A DNA stretch of 38,017 nt from a virus (taxonomy: Duplodnaviria > Caudoviricetes). The notes beneath the pieces are model-generated. The model made no database searches, was not told the DNA's origin, and was given only the letters and a program-made list of their open reading frames with translations. The stretch covers positions 1 to 38,017 of IMG/VR virus record IMGVR_UViG_3300017784_005244. One strand, written 5' to 3'. Shown here in pieces: positions 9,877-18,809 of this stretch. The position numbers and the translations under genes are program-made. Position 1 is the first letter of the stretch. Each line of letters begins with the position of its first letter.

Positions 9877-10593
9877 TTATAAATTATTAATAGTTTTAAA
9901 AATTATGTTTAAAGGTGAAGTATCACTTGTATTATAAATTTCCACCCCAAGATTTTTAGCACTATCACGAATAATTCTAAAATCATTTAATATGTTATTT
10001 AAATATGGGTCAAAACTATCGTGATTAGTTACGTTAGTATTATAATAACCTTTAGTGTAATCTAAGTCAATACCTGTAATATATATTGTTTTACACCCTA
10101 ATAGTATTGAAAGGGATAACATGTGAACGGCAACTGTATCGCCTGAACCATACTTCTCACTATGATGTGTAAATTTTTGTAACTCCTCTTGTATTGTTAA
10201 TCTACCATCTATAAAATTAGCACATCTGTTTGGACAATCATTACATTTAGAATTGTTAAAATGTCTTTGATCGTATCCAACATATTTTAAATCGATTAGA
10301 TTTTTTTCTATCCATTCTCTTGGAGTTGTGTCAACCGAATCCGAATGGACTATTGTAGTATCCTTATATTTTTTAAATCTATCTAACATAGATGGAAATG
10401 TTTGTACTGAGTTAGCAAACACCCAATAATCGGGGTTTAAATTAGTATTTAAATCAATATCATTGCAAGATATTAAAATTATATTTTCTCTATTTTTTTT
10501 TATGTGGTCTATGGTGTCAGACAATGAAGGACCTAAACCACAAACAAATGCGGTTTTACCGTGTTCATTATTAATAATATCATTTAATTTCAT
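9877..10593 (-). CDS. Maf (MAF_flag10/MptE-like) putative ulosonate transferase
   Basis: HGKTAFVCGLGPSL, PDYWV, GDTVAVHMLSLSILLGCKTIYITGIDL, VEIYNTS; Cys insert CNDCPNRC. Confidence 0.7.
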   Translation of the reverse strand: MKLNDIINNEHGKTAFVCGLGPSLSDTIDHIKKNRENIILISCNDIDLNTNLNPDYWVFANSVQTFPSMLDRFKKYKDTTIVHSDSVDTTPREWIEKNLIDLKYVGYDQRHFNNSKCNDCPNRCANFIDGRLTIQEELQKFTHHSEKYGSGDTVAVHMLSLSILLGCKTIYITGIDLDYTKGYYNTNVTNHDSFDPYLNNILNDFRIIRDSAKNLGVEIYNTSDTSPLNIIFKTINNL

Positions 10594-11363
10594 AAAATTA
10601 TTGTGTTTTTAAAATATAAATCATCTAATTTAAAATCAGATTTACTTGGTCCAAACCAATTTTTAGGTGCAATCACTTTTTTATCTACATTCTTATTTAA
10701 CCATGATCCCCACCAAGAAAAAGATGAGTTAGCAATAATATTATTACGACATAAAGACATTAAATATAAATCTTCATAATCTTCATTATTTTCACAATAT
10801 ATAACATTATCTAAAAATTTAAAATTTTCTTTACACCAACTAATATCATCAGAAAACATAAAAAAAGTTTTATCAAAACCAACTATTGATATTGCCTCTT
10901 TATAGTATTCCATATCTTGTGTCGGATGGTGATCCTGTAGGTTTAAATAGTCACCTCTTCTTACGTGAATTGAGCATGTTTCAACGTTTAACTCGTTTTT
11001 ATATTTTTCACGTATTTTTTCAACTATTTCATTACAAGTAAAAAATTCTAATATTTTTTCCCTATTATGTTTAAAATATTTTTCAGATTGAAAATAACCG
11101 TGAAATAATGTTGGTAACATAAATTCCGGTATATGCGAGTAATGAAAAACAGGTTCATAATAAACTTGATTTGTATTAAAATTACTATCAAGTGTTATTT
11201 TTTTTAAAATATTATCAGTATAAAACGTAAGAGGTTTATGTACTACCTGAACGTTATTAGGATTAATAACAAATTTTTCACCCAAGTCTAAAGATTTAGA
11301 ATATCCTGCGGCAATTTGAAATAGGTAGTTACCTAATCCCCCCATTAAATGGCAAGAAATCAT
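10590..11363 (-). CDS. GT11 alpha-1,2-fucosyltransferase-family glycosyltransferase (possibly colitosyltransferase)
   Basis: GGLGNYLFQ, GYFQSEKYF, SIHVRRGDY, FSDDISWC, IIANSSFSWWG. Confidence 0.93.
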   Translation of the reverse strand: MISCHLMGGLGNYLFQIAAGYSKSLDLGEKFVINPNNVQVVHKPLTFYTDNILKKITLDSNFNTNQVYYEPVFHYSHIPEFMLPTLFHGYFQSEKYFKHNREKILEFFTCNEIVEKIREKYKNELNVETCSIHVRRGDYLNLQDHHPTQDMEYYKEAISIVGFDKTFFMFSDDISWCKENFKFLDNVIYCENNEDYEDLYLMSLCRNNIIANSSFSWWGSWLNKNVDKKVIAPKNWFGPSKSDFKLDDLYFKNTIIL

Positions 11364-11364
11364 A

Positions 11365-12180
11365 CTATAAGTTTTCTTTTATGAATTTATACACATGTTC
11401 GTCAGGTAGTAAAAAGTTTTTAGACTTTTCAAAATTATCTTTAATCTCGTCTAATTTTGAGTTATATAAATCTTCATTACAATTATCTAAAATGGATTCT
11501 AACTCATCCATACTATCAAATATTAACATACCATCAGTATTGAAAAAATCACCGATAGAAGGACATCCCCAATAGATAGGAATTGTTCCTGTTGCAAAAC
11601 AATCAATTAGTTTTTCTGTGAACCAATAATCTCTTTTACAATTTTCAATAACAACTGAAAACCGATAATCTTTAAGACCATCAATTTTAAATTCAATTGG
11701 GTCGTAACCTCTACCAAATACGTCCATATTATCACCAAACTTTTGGATAACCTCGTGTCTTAATTTATGCCCCTCAGTAAATGTTTTATTAGATGAAATA
11801 ATTGAAATGTTTTTAGTTTTATCGTAGACCTTTTGGTCTTCTTTAGATATCCAACAACAACCAAAAGGTATAAATTTTATATTGTAATCTAAATCTAATA
11901 ATGTTTTTTCGTGTGTTAAAATGTAATCAAACTTCATTAGATTATTTTTAACATATTCATAATGTTGTGGAGCAACACAAATGGGCTCAATTAACCAAGC
12001 AATTTTATTTTTGGATGATGGTAAGTTTGATGTTAAAAAATTATCGGTAACCACTAAATTTTCATTTGAGTTAGATGGAATCCTGTCCCATTGAAAATTT
12101 TCTGATATTTGAAAGTCTGAGCAATATCCTAAAATTGAATGTGAAAAAGTGTTGTCCGCTATTTTTATTTTTTCTTTCAT
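11365..12180 (-). CDS. GT10-like fucosyltransferase-family glycosyltransferase
   Basis: YRFSVVIENC, WFTEKLIDCF, GTIPIYWG. Confidence 0.82.
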   Translation of the reverse strand: MKEKIKIADNTFSHSILGYCSDFQISENFQWDRIPSNSNENLVVTDNFLTSNLPSSKNKIAWLIEPICVAPQHYEYVKNNLMKFDYILTHEKTLLDLDYNIKFIPFGCCWISKEDQKVYDKTKNISIISSNKTFTEGHKLRHEVIQKFGDNMDVFGRGYDPIEFKIDGLKDYRFSVVIENCKRDYWFTEKLIDCFATGTIPIYWGCPSIGDFFNTDGMLIFDSMDELESILDNCNEDLYNSKLDEIKDNFEKSKNFLLPDEHVYKFIKENL

Positions 12181-12923
12181 CTTATTAATTTTTCATAAGG
12201 TTTAAATGCTCTTATTATTTGATTCATTCTTTGGACCTTGTTTAAATTAACTTTATGTTCGTTAAGTGGGTTACTTTCATTATAAATGTAATTTATTTCA
12301 TACATAAATTTATAATGCTCAGGACCACACATCTCTACCATTGGGAACATAAAAGCCAAATCACACGCAATTTCCCAATTATTACCTTCACTATCTTTTA
12401 AGTCTTCAGGTTTAATACTTCTCCACAAAAACACTTTCCAAGTTCTAAGGTGTGATAATGTAAAAGGTTTTTGTCTAATATCCTCAAAAGTGGTGTGTGG
12501 TTGTGAAAACCCAGGTCTACCATCGTGGTATCTAAAACTACCATTTGCTAACCAAACATCTCCACTATTATATGTTTCAACTACTCTTTCAAAAACTCTT
12601 GAGTCTGGTAACCAATCATCACCATCGACTTCAATACAAATATCTTCACCATTTATGTCGTATTCACCTCTAATAACTTGATCGTAGTTACCTGCTTGAT
12701 ACATTTTTGTTTTATTTTCTATTAGAACAAATCTGTCATCACCTTTAATAAAATTTTTAATCTTTTCTACTGTTCCATCAGTAGACATGTCATCTGTAAT
12801 ATAACACTTAAAATTTTTATAGGTTTGAGTCATTATTGTTGCTAATGACCTTTCAATATAATCTTCACAATTATATGAAGTTGTTAATATTATTAGTTTT
12901 ATATTTTTTTCCAATTTTCCCAT
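12177..12923 (-). CDS. GT2-family glycosyltransferase
   Basis: SYNCEDYIERSL, DDMSTDGT, VDGDDWL (DxD). Confidence 0.88.
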   Translation of the reverse strand: MGKLEKNIKLIILTTSYNCEDYIERSLATIMTQTYKNFKCYITDDMSTDGTVEKIKNFIKGDDRFVLIENKTKMYQAGNYDQVIRGEYDINGEDICIEVDGDDWLPDSRVFERVVETYNSGDVWLANGSFRYHDGRPGFSQPHTTFEDIRQKPFTLSHLRTWKVFLWRSIKPEDLKDSEGNNWEIACDLAFMFPMVEMCGPEHYKFMYEINYIYNESNPLNEHKVNLNKVQRMNQIIRAFKPYEKLIR

Positions 12924-13498
12924 ACAAATTCATAATTATAAGTTATTGTGTGTGTTTTCATAAATTCTTTATGTATTTTTTCTCTTCGTTCTATAGAATT
13001 TGGTAGTAAGTCGTGAAACTGTACTTGAATGTCTGTAAAAATACCTATAAGATTATTTTCTATAAGGGACTCTAATACAGGGTATTCATCCCCTTCTATA
13101 TTTATTTTTATTAAATCTATTTTATTTATGCTTTCATTTTTAATAAAATCCACTATAGAAACAACCCGGCAATCAATATAATTGTCATTTTTTTTTGTGT
13201 AAAAACTACTCCCGTCATTTGAAAAATTAATTTTTAGAGATTCGTTTTTGTTTGATAGACCAAAATTAAAAACTTTTACATCGTCATTATTTTTAAATTT
13301 TTCGTCAATTATATCGTATAGAAATTTAATTGGTTCAAAAATATAAATTTTAGAATTATACTTATTATATATTTTTTCAGACCACTCTCCTTTATATCCG
13401 CCCAAATCAAAAATTATAGAATTTTCTGTAAGGGGATAATTTAATCTATGGGTATTGTCCCCATTATTTGCAAACCAATCATTTATTGTTCCGTTCAT
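12899..13498 (-). CDS. FkbM-family methyltransferase
   Basis: FDLGGYKG, IFEP, IDLIKINIEGDEY, QVQFH. Confidence 0.88.
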   Translation of the reverse strand: MNGTINDWFANNGDNTHRLNYPLTENSIIFDLGGYKGEWSEKIYNKYNSKIYIFEPIKFLYDIIDEKFKNNDDVKVFNFGLSNKNESLKINFSNDGSSFYTKKNDNYIDCRVVSIVDFIKNESINKIDLIKINIEGDEYPVLESLIENNLIGIFTDIQVQFHDLLPNSIERREKIHKEFMKTHTITYNYEFVWENWKKI

Positions 13499-13505
13499 TA
13501 TTTTT

Positions 13506-15143
13506 TTAATTTAATGTGTTTATATAAATTTTTTTTATTTTTTTTGCAACCTCGATAGAATCAAACTTATTAACATCTATAGGAATGTCAACCCTTTCTT
13601 TATTTAAAATTTTTCCTGACTCATTTACATTATATATCCATCCTGGTTTACCACAAAGCCAACCCTCAATAGTCGTTCTACCTAATAAAATGCCTGCAGT
13701 TTCTGAACAATTTTTAACATAGTTTTCAACTTTATTAGTCGGATCAAAATATTTAACGTGTTGATTAACTAATAAGTCGGATAAATAATTTGATTTATTT
13801 TCCCCTACTATCCACAATTCTTTATTAATTGTTTTAGTGTATTCCACTAAATCTTTTATTGTTGTTTCCCGTAAGTAATCAATACTACCGACAAACAAAA
13901 CGTACCCATTGTCTTTAATGTTTTTAGTGTTAAACCTATTGGTGTCAATAGGATTGTAAACTACTTCAGTATTTTCTAATTGTATGTTAAAATTTGCTGT
14001 AATGTGTTTTTGTATTTCAGGTCTAATACATATGTATTTTTTTATTGTTTTATCTATAACGGGATTTTCAAGAGAAATTACTTCAGAATGTATTGTAGAT
14101 ATCTTATCTATGTTTGGATACATTTGACACATTTGTGTTGTAACTGGTGTGTGTTGTGTATGAATAATGTCGAAGTTAACCTCGCTCACCTTATACATCA
14201 TGTTCGGTTGTGATGGTGTAACCCCTTGTGGTGTATTCAATCCCCACTTCCCGTCACCTAATTTAAATCCAGGAGGTGAACTAAAAGGTGAAACCTTTAT
14301 TCCTTGTTGCTGTGCTAATTTAGAAAGATCCCCATCAATATCCGAAAGTACCGTAACGTCGCAATTAAGTTTTTTTAATCCTCTTGCTAATTCATAAACA
14401 TACATTTCTGACCCTGTAAATGTTTTAAAAAATAAACAAGAAAGTAATACCTTTAATGGTGAATCGATTGTTAAATTTCTTTTAACTTTAACTGGTAGTA
14501 CGTCTTTATATTTTTCAGCAAATACTTCTCTATTTTTTTCCCACTGTTCATTTGTCTGACCAATCGACTTATGGGTTACCCTAACATCGTACATAACGCC
14601 AATTTTTACACCCTCTATAAAGTTTCTAAAAGAAAAATCAACATCATAAAAGTGGAACCCTTTTATTTTTTCGTTAAAGGTTTGTTTAATATTATTTTTA
14701 TTTATTACGATAAAAAGACCATCAACCAAAACAACATCATCAATTTGGTTACCTAAACTTGGAGAATATTTTGATTCCCATTTTTTACCTCCGTGTTCGT
14801 GGTTTACAATCCCTCTCATTTTAGAGAAATCTTCCCACCATTTTGCCGATGAAGGTAATTGAGTAGACCCGGCAAGTCCTAAAACACCATAATCGGAATT
14901 CCTTTTAAAATGGTTTAATATTTTTTGACCCCAATTTTTACTATCAAAATAAATGTCATCGTGACACAAGATTACGATATCGTTTTTTGAGTCATTTAAT
15001 ATTTTATTATAAACTTCAGTTAATGAAAACTGACCATTATTTTCCACAGGAATTATTTCAGGATTAGATATTCCTGATGATTTTTTTAACAATTCTACAA
15101 AATTATTATCAATTTTTCTTGTTGAAAATCCTATTGTTATCAT
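13506..15143 (-). CDS. Bifunctional glycosyltransferase (N-terminal GT-A domain plus C-terminal GT-B-like domain)
   Basis: CHDDIYF, GLAG, VDGLF, FHFYDVDF, HKSIG; then TGSEMYVYELA, VYNPID, GRTTIEGWLCGKP. Confidence 0.8.
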   Translation of the reverse strand: MITIGFSTRKIDNNFVELLKKSSGISNPEIIPVENNGQFSLTEVYNKILNDSKNDIVILCHDDIYFDSKNWGQKILNHFKRNSDYGVLGLAGSTQLPSSAKWWEDFSKMRGIVNHEHGGKKWESKYSPSLGNQIDDVVLVDGLFIVINKNNIKQTFNEKIKGFHFYDVDFSFRNFIEGVKIGVMYDVRVTHKSIGQTNEQWEKNREVFAEKYKDVLPVKVKRNLTIDSPLKVLLSCLFFKTFTGSEMYVYELARGLKKLNCDVTVLSDIDGDLSKLAQQQGIKVSPFSSPPGFKLGDGKWGLNTPQGVTPSQPNMMYKVSEVNFDIIHTQHTPVTTQMCQMYPNIDKISTIHSEVISLENPVIDKTIKKYICIRPEIQKHITANFNIQLENTEVVYNPIDTNRFNTKNIKDNGYVLFVGSIDYLRETTIKDLVEYTKTINKELWIVGENKSNYLSDLLVNQHVKYFDPTNKVENYVKNCSETAGILLGRTTIEGWLCGKPGWIYNVNESGKILNKERVDIPIDVNKFDSIEVAKKIKKIYINTLN

Positions 15144-15757
15144 ATACCAGTACTTCCGAAACCATTTGAGTTACGATCTTTATTGTTAATGTTATCTACT
15201 CTAATTAAATCTACCCATTTACCACTAACCACAGGGCAAAGAACCGCTTGTGCAATTTTTTGTCCTTTTTCTATTTTAATTCTTTCCTTTGTGGTATTAA
15301 GCATAATGACTTTAATTTCTCCCTGATAACCACTATCCACAGTTCCTGGTGAATTTAAAACCATAAGTCCTTGATTTAGTGCTAAACCACTTTTAGATCT
15401 CACTTGAATTTCATAACCTTCGGGAATATCAAATCTCATTCCGGTCGGTATTAAATTTCTATCATTTGCTTGTACCCAAAAATCTTCTGTTGATCGTAAA
15501 TCAAATCCGGAATCAGATTCATAGGCATATTCAGGATCGGAGTTTTCACTATTATTAACAAAACTTAAAGGTACTTTTTGATTTTTTATTGAATCATAAT
15601 CGTTTGATTTAATAAAAAAATCTTCCATTTCATCAATATTAATACCCATTGAATCAATCATGGACTGAGGGTTTGACATATCAATTCCACTAAATTTTGA
15701 TTTTAAATCTTTTATTGTATCTAAACTTTCTTTTATTTCTTTTATTTTATCAAACAT
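15140..15757 (-). CDS. dut: Trimeric dUTPase with an N-terminal extension of about 60 aa
   Basis: SGFDL, RSKSGL, GTVDSGYQGE, IAQ, RNSNGFGSTG: all five motifs. Confidence 0.95.
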   Translation of the reverse strand: MFDKIKEIKESLDTIKDLKSKFSGIDMSNPQSMIDSMGINIDEMEDFFIKSNDYDSIKNQKVPLSFVNNSENSDPEYAYESDSGFDLRSTEDFWVQANDRNLIPTGMRFDIPEGYEIQVRSKSGLALNQGLMVLNSPGTVDSGYQGEIKVIMLNTTKERIKIEKGQKIAQAVLCPVVSGKWVDLIRVDNINNKDRNSNGFGSTGI

Positions 15758-16476
15758 TATTTTAAATTTTTTAATTTTGTTATAAAATCAATCAACACTT
15801 TAACGTCTTTTTCACAGTATTCTGCGATTTCATTTAATTTATTATTATTCCAATATTCGTTATGTACCATAGATCCATTTATTTCACCATCTTTTGGTGT
15901 TTCAATATCCATAGTTGAACATACAAGGTCTAAAGACCCAATGGATGTGTACGACCCATATTGCCAAATCTCTTTAGTGTCAATTGCTTTTACTTCCCAA
16001 GGTTTAGTATCGTAAGAAGGTAAAATTTTAGACGGCATAATACCATTAATAATCATTCTTTTTGCTAACATTGGGATATCAAAGTTTTTTAGATTGTGAC
16101 CACATAGATAAAAATCTAATTTATGACAACGATCCAATAAATTTCTAACCTCAACTAATAATTCTTCTTCGTTATTATTTTTAAATGTTTGTATTTTTGT
16201 TCCGTTTTCGGTTACAAATGCCATTGACACACATATGATTTTTGCAAACTCTGGAACAAGTGGTGATCTTAATTTAAAAACCATATCCATATGTTCTTGA
16301 TTTGACATGGAATCATTAATTACGTCTTCTGGAAATCTTTTTAAAAACCAATCAAAGTATTTTTCAAATTGTTCAGCTATTTTAGGACTATTTTCTTTAC
16401 AGGTGTTATAATCTTTACAACCACCTACGGTTTCAATATCTAAAAATAAAATTTTTGTTATTGGTATGTTTATCAT
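15757..16476 (-). CDS. DEDD 3'-5' exonuclease (PolB exonuclease-related)
   Basis: LFLDIETV, GHNLKNFDIP, IDT, YCEKDV. Confidence 0.88.
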   Translation of the reverse strand: MINIPITKILFLDIETVGGCKDYNTCKENSPKIAEQFEKYFDWFLKRFPEDVINDSMSNQEHMDMVFKLRSPLVPEFAKIICVSMAFVTENGTKIQTFKNNNEEELLVEVRNLLDRCHKLDFYLCGHNLKNFDIPMLAKRMIINGIMPSKILPSYDTKPWEVKAIDTKEIWQYGSYTSIGSLDLVCSTMDIETPKDGEINGSMVHNEYWNNNKLNEIAEYCEKDVKVLIDFITKLKNLK

Positions 16477-17687
16477 TTTAATAAGGATTTATATAATTCT
16501 GATCTATCTTTTGTTACTTTATTTAAATCGTACGTGTCTTTTACTGTTTCGTATAATCTTTGTCCTAAATCGTAAGACCAATTAGGGTTATCAATTAATT
16601 TTTTCATATATTTTGCCCAATCGCTATGGTTTTTAACTTCATTAACTAATAATGCGTTACCGTCTGTAAATTCCCCGTTATTTAATGCGTGTTTTAAGTC
16701 TACAGTATACGGACCAACGTTTGACGCTATAATTGCTTTTTTATAAAATCCAGCCTCAATAACTTTTAATTGTGATTTAACTCTATTAAATATATGATTT
16801 TTAATTGGTGCTAATGATACGTCAAACAACCTATAATTAGATGCGTAGGTATTAATTGGTTTTGTCCATACACGATTATAAAATGGTAGGGTGTCAGATA
16901 TAAACTCATCTTCTCTAAATTCCATTAAAAAGTCTTTGTGTTTTGGATCAACTAATTTATAATTATCTGTAAATATTTCTTCATAACGAGACCAAACCGT
17001 TTCTTCGGGTTTAATATCTCTTTGTTTTTGTTCTCCTGTTTGTTGATTAATTTCTGTAACAGACCCTCTAACATCAAAACCACAAAGGTATAAACTAAAT
17101 TTATCTTTTAATTGTGATAACTTATTCATTGTACCATCCATAAGTTTTAAGTCATGTAAATGCGAAGATCCACCTAACCAACCAAATCGTAATTTATCTG
17201 AAGGTTCGGTCTTTGCTTTAAACTGAGGTTCATTTGGGTTAATTGCGTTTGGTAAAACATAAACGTTTTTATTAAATTTTAAAATTTCAGTCGCAAAAAT
17301 ACTAGTGGTTGTTGTTACGTGACCAGCAACTTTTAAATTATTCATAATTTTTTCGTGTAATTTTGACTGAACAACCATAGCATGAACTGGATGTTCTTTT
17401 GTTGGTAACCAATAATCGTCTAAATCCATGATAGTTACTAATCCAAGATTATTTAATCTTTTAATTAAATCTACTGAATTTTCATATTCATGACCAATCG
17501 TTCTATGAAAATGTACAATGTCGTATTGTTTCCAATAATTTATATCATTAACTTTTGGTTCATAATCTATATCTACGTGAAAATCATCAGGGTAAAGATT
17601 TTGTAACATAATGTGCGGATCAATTGATCTAAACTTTCCGACACCAGTCTTATCGCTTGGTAAACATAATACTCGTATTTTATTCAT
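16473..17687 (-). CDS. GT-B fold glycosyltransferase
   Basis: MDLDDYW, VLPNAI, GWLGGSSH, DVSLAPI, FNRVKSQLKVIEAG, IIASNVGPY. Confidence 0.82.
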   Translation of the reverse strand: MNKIRVLCLPSDKTGVGKFRSIDPHIMLQNLYPDDFHVDIDYEPKVNDINYWKQYDIVHFHRTIGHEYENSVDLIKRLNNLGLVTIMDLDDYWLPTKEHPVHAMVVQSKLHEKIMNNLKVAGHVTTTTSIFATEILKFNKNVYVLPNAINPNEPQFKAKTEPSDKLRFGWLGGSSHLHDLKLMDGTMNKLSQLKDKFSLYLCGFDVRGSVTEINQQTGEQKQRDIKPEETVWSRYEEIFTDNYKLVDPKHKDFLMEFREDEFISDTLPFYNRVWTKPINTYASNYRLFDVSLAPIKNHIFNRVKSQLKVIEAGFYKKAIIASNVGPYTVDLKHALNNGEFTDGNALLVNEVKNHSDWAKYMKKLIDNPNWSYDLGQRLYETVKDTYDLNKVTKDRSELYKSLLK

Positions 17688-17694
17688 ATATTAA

Positions 17695-17730
17695 TTTGTT
17701 TTAATTAAAGTATAATATAATTAAAACAAA
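17695..17730. promoter_or_regulatory. Perfect 13-bp inverted repeat bracketing a -10-like element upstream of the glycan operon
   Basis: tttgttttaatta (17695-17707), spacer aagtataata, taattaaaacaaa (17718-17730); the minus strand reads TGGATT-N17-TATACT. Confidence 0.55.
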
Positions 17731-17757
17731 AAATCCACCAAAAAATGGTGGATTTTT
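17728..17757 (-). terminator. Rho-independent terminator (potentially bidirectional)
   Basis: aaaaatccacca-aaaaa-tggtggattttt hairpin with A/T tracts on both sides, just downstream of the 17774-18400 gene. Confidence 0.85.
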
Positions 17758-17773
17758 AAAATATAAAATTTAG

Positions 17774-18400
17774 TTATTGTAATTTTTTAATTTTTGTTAC
17801 TCTACCTATAAAAAGGTGTTTTCCAACTTTAAATTGTATCGATTCGTTTGAATTCTCTGTAGATTCTGACAACATACCAGCCTCTTTTAGTTCTTCCCGA
17901 ATTACGTCTCTAACGGTATCCCTAACAACATCACGAATCATGGATTTAAGTTTACCAAGATCACCAACATTATTTGTTTTTAATTTATTTTCATTTGTTG
18001 ATTCTGTAATTGTATTACGAGTTGGTTCTGATTTATTTTTATCTAAATTCATTAATCTGTGTGCCCCTTCAATTATATCATTTGATATTACTGTAGAAGA
18101 TTGACTTTGTTGTACTATTGGTACATCTATCATTAACCTTTTAATCTCATCAGGTAGTTTTGAATTTATTATTTTATCTTGATTTAAGGGTTTTGTTGGG
18201 TCAAACTCTGATTTTCGTTCTGATTGATTCTCTAACATTTCTGTAGGTAAGTTATATACCGCATTAGTAGTGTCAAAACTTTCAACCATAGGTGAATTAA
18301 CGTTTCTTACCGAATCCGATCCACGTCTAATATTTTCTTGTTTATCCATAATTTTTTTTGATACTGCAAGTCTTTGCATTAAATCTTCAGATGATCCCAT
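17774..18400 (-). CDS. Hypothetical phage protein (possible head-internal protein)
   Basis: 208-aa ORF packed in an operon; IRDVVRDTVRDVIREE amphipathic segment; C-terminal FKVGKHLFIGRVTK. Confidence 0.7.
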   Translation of the reverse strand: MGSSEDLMQRLAVSKKIMDKQENIRRGSDSVRNVNSPMVESFDTTNAVYNLPTEMLENQSERKSEFDPTKPLNQDKIINSKLPDEIKRLMIDVPIVQQSQSSTVISNDIIEGAHRLMNLDKNKSEPTRNTITESTNENKLKTNNVGDLGKLKSMIRDVVRDTVRDVIREELKEAGMLSESTENSNESIQFKVGKHLFIGRVTKIKKLQ

Positions 18401-18407
18401 AATATAT

Positions 18408-18809
18408 TTAATTTAATTCGTTATTGATATTGTCAAAACTAGCATTCACAAATACTCTAGACATTGATTTATCTCCATTTGGGTTGTAATTTGGCCTTAT
18501 CGTAGTAAATTTATCCATTGTTGGTTTATAAGTCAACACTTTATCTAATCTAAAAAGTCTCCATCCGGGGATTGGATTACTTTTTACTTTTTGAGAGTGT
18601 GACGACCCTTCTATCTCCCAAGCTCTTAGTACTAAATTTCCAGATTTACTAATACCCAAACAAACGGGTTCTATTCTTCGATACCCTTTACCGTATTCTT
18701 CTCCATCATAATTTATAATAACCACTGAATTCGTTTTAATTGACGACTGTGCAGACTCAATAGATGCGACTTCAGTAATTATTTTTTTTAAATTATTTAT
18801 TAATTTCAT
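18408..18809 (-). CDS. Stand-alone WYL-domain protein
   Basis: VIINY...RRIEPVCLG...LVLRAW...WRLFRLDKV matches the WYL pattern; no HTH domain. Confidence 0.78.
   Translation of the reverse strand: MKLINNLKKIITEVASIESAQSSIKTNSVVIINYDGEEYGKGYRRIEPVCLGISKSGNLVLRAWEIEGSSHSQKVKSNPIPGWRLFRLDKVLTYKPTMDKFTTIRPNYNPNGDKSMSRVFVNASFDNINNELN

Noticed and set aside
3-17687. Bacterial O-antigen or capsule locus next to a prophage
   Set aside because: No export/polymerase genes, integrase or att-like boundary; the cluster is interleaved with dut and exonuclease genes and continuous in composition with the virion genes.
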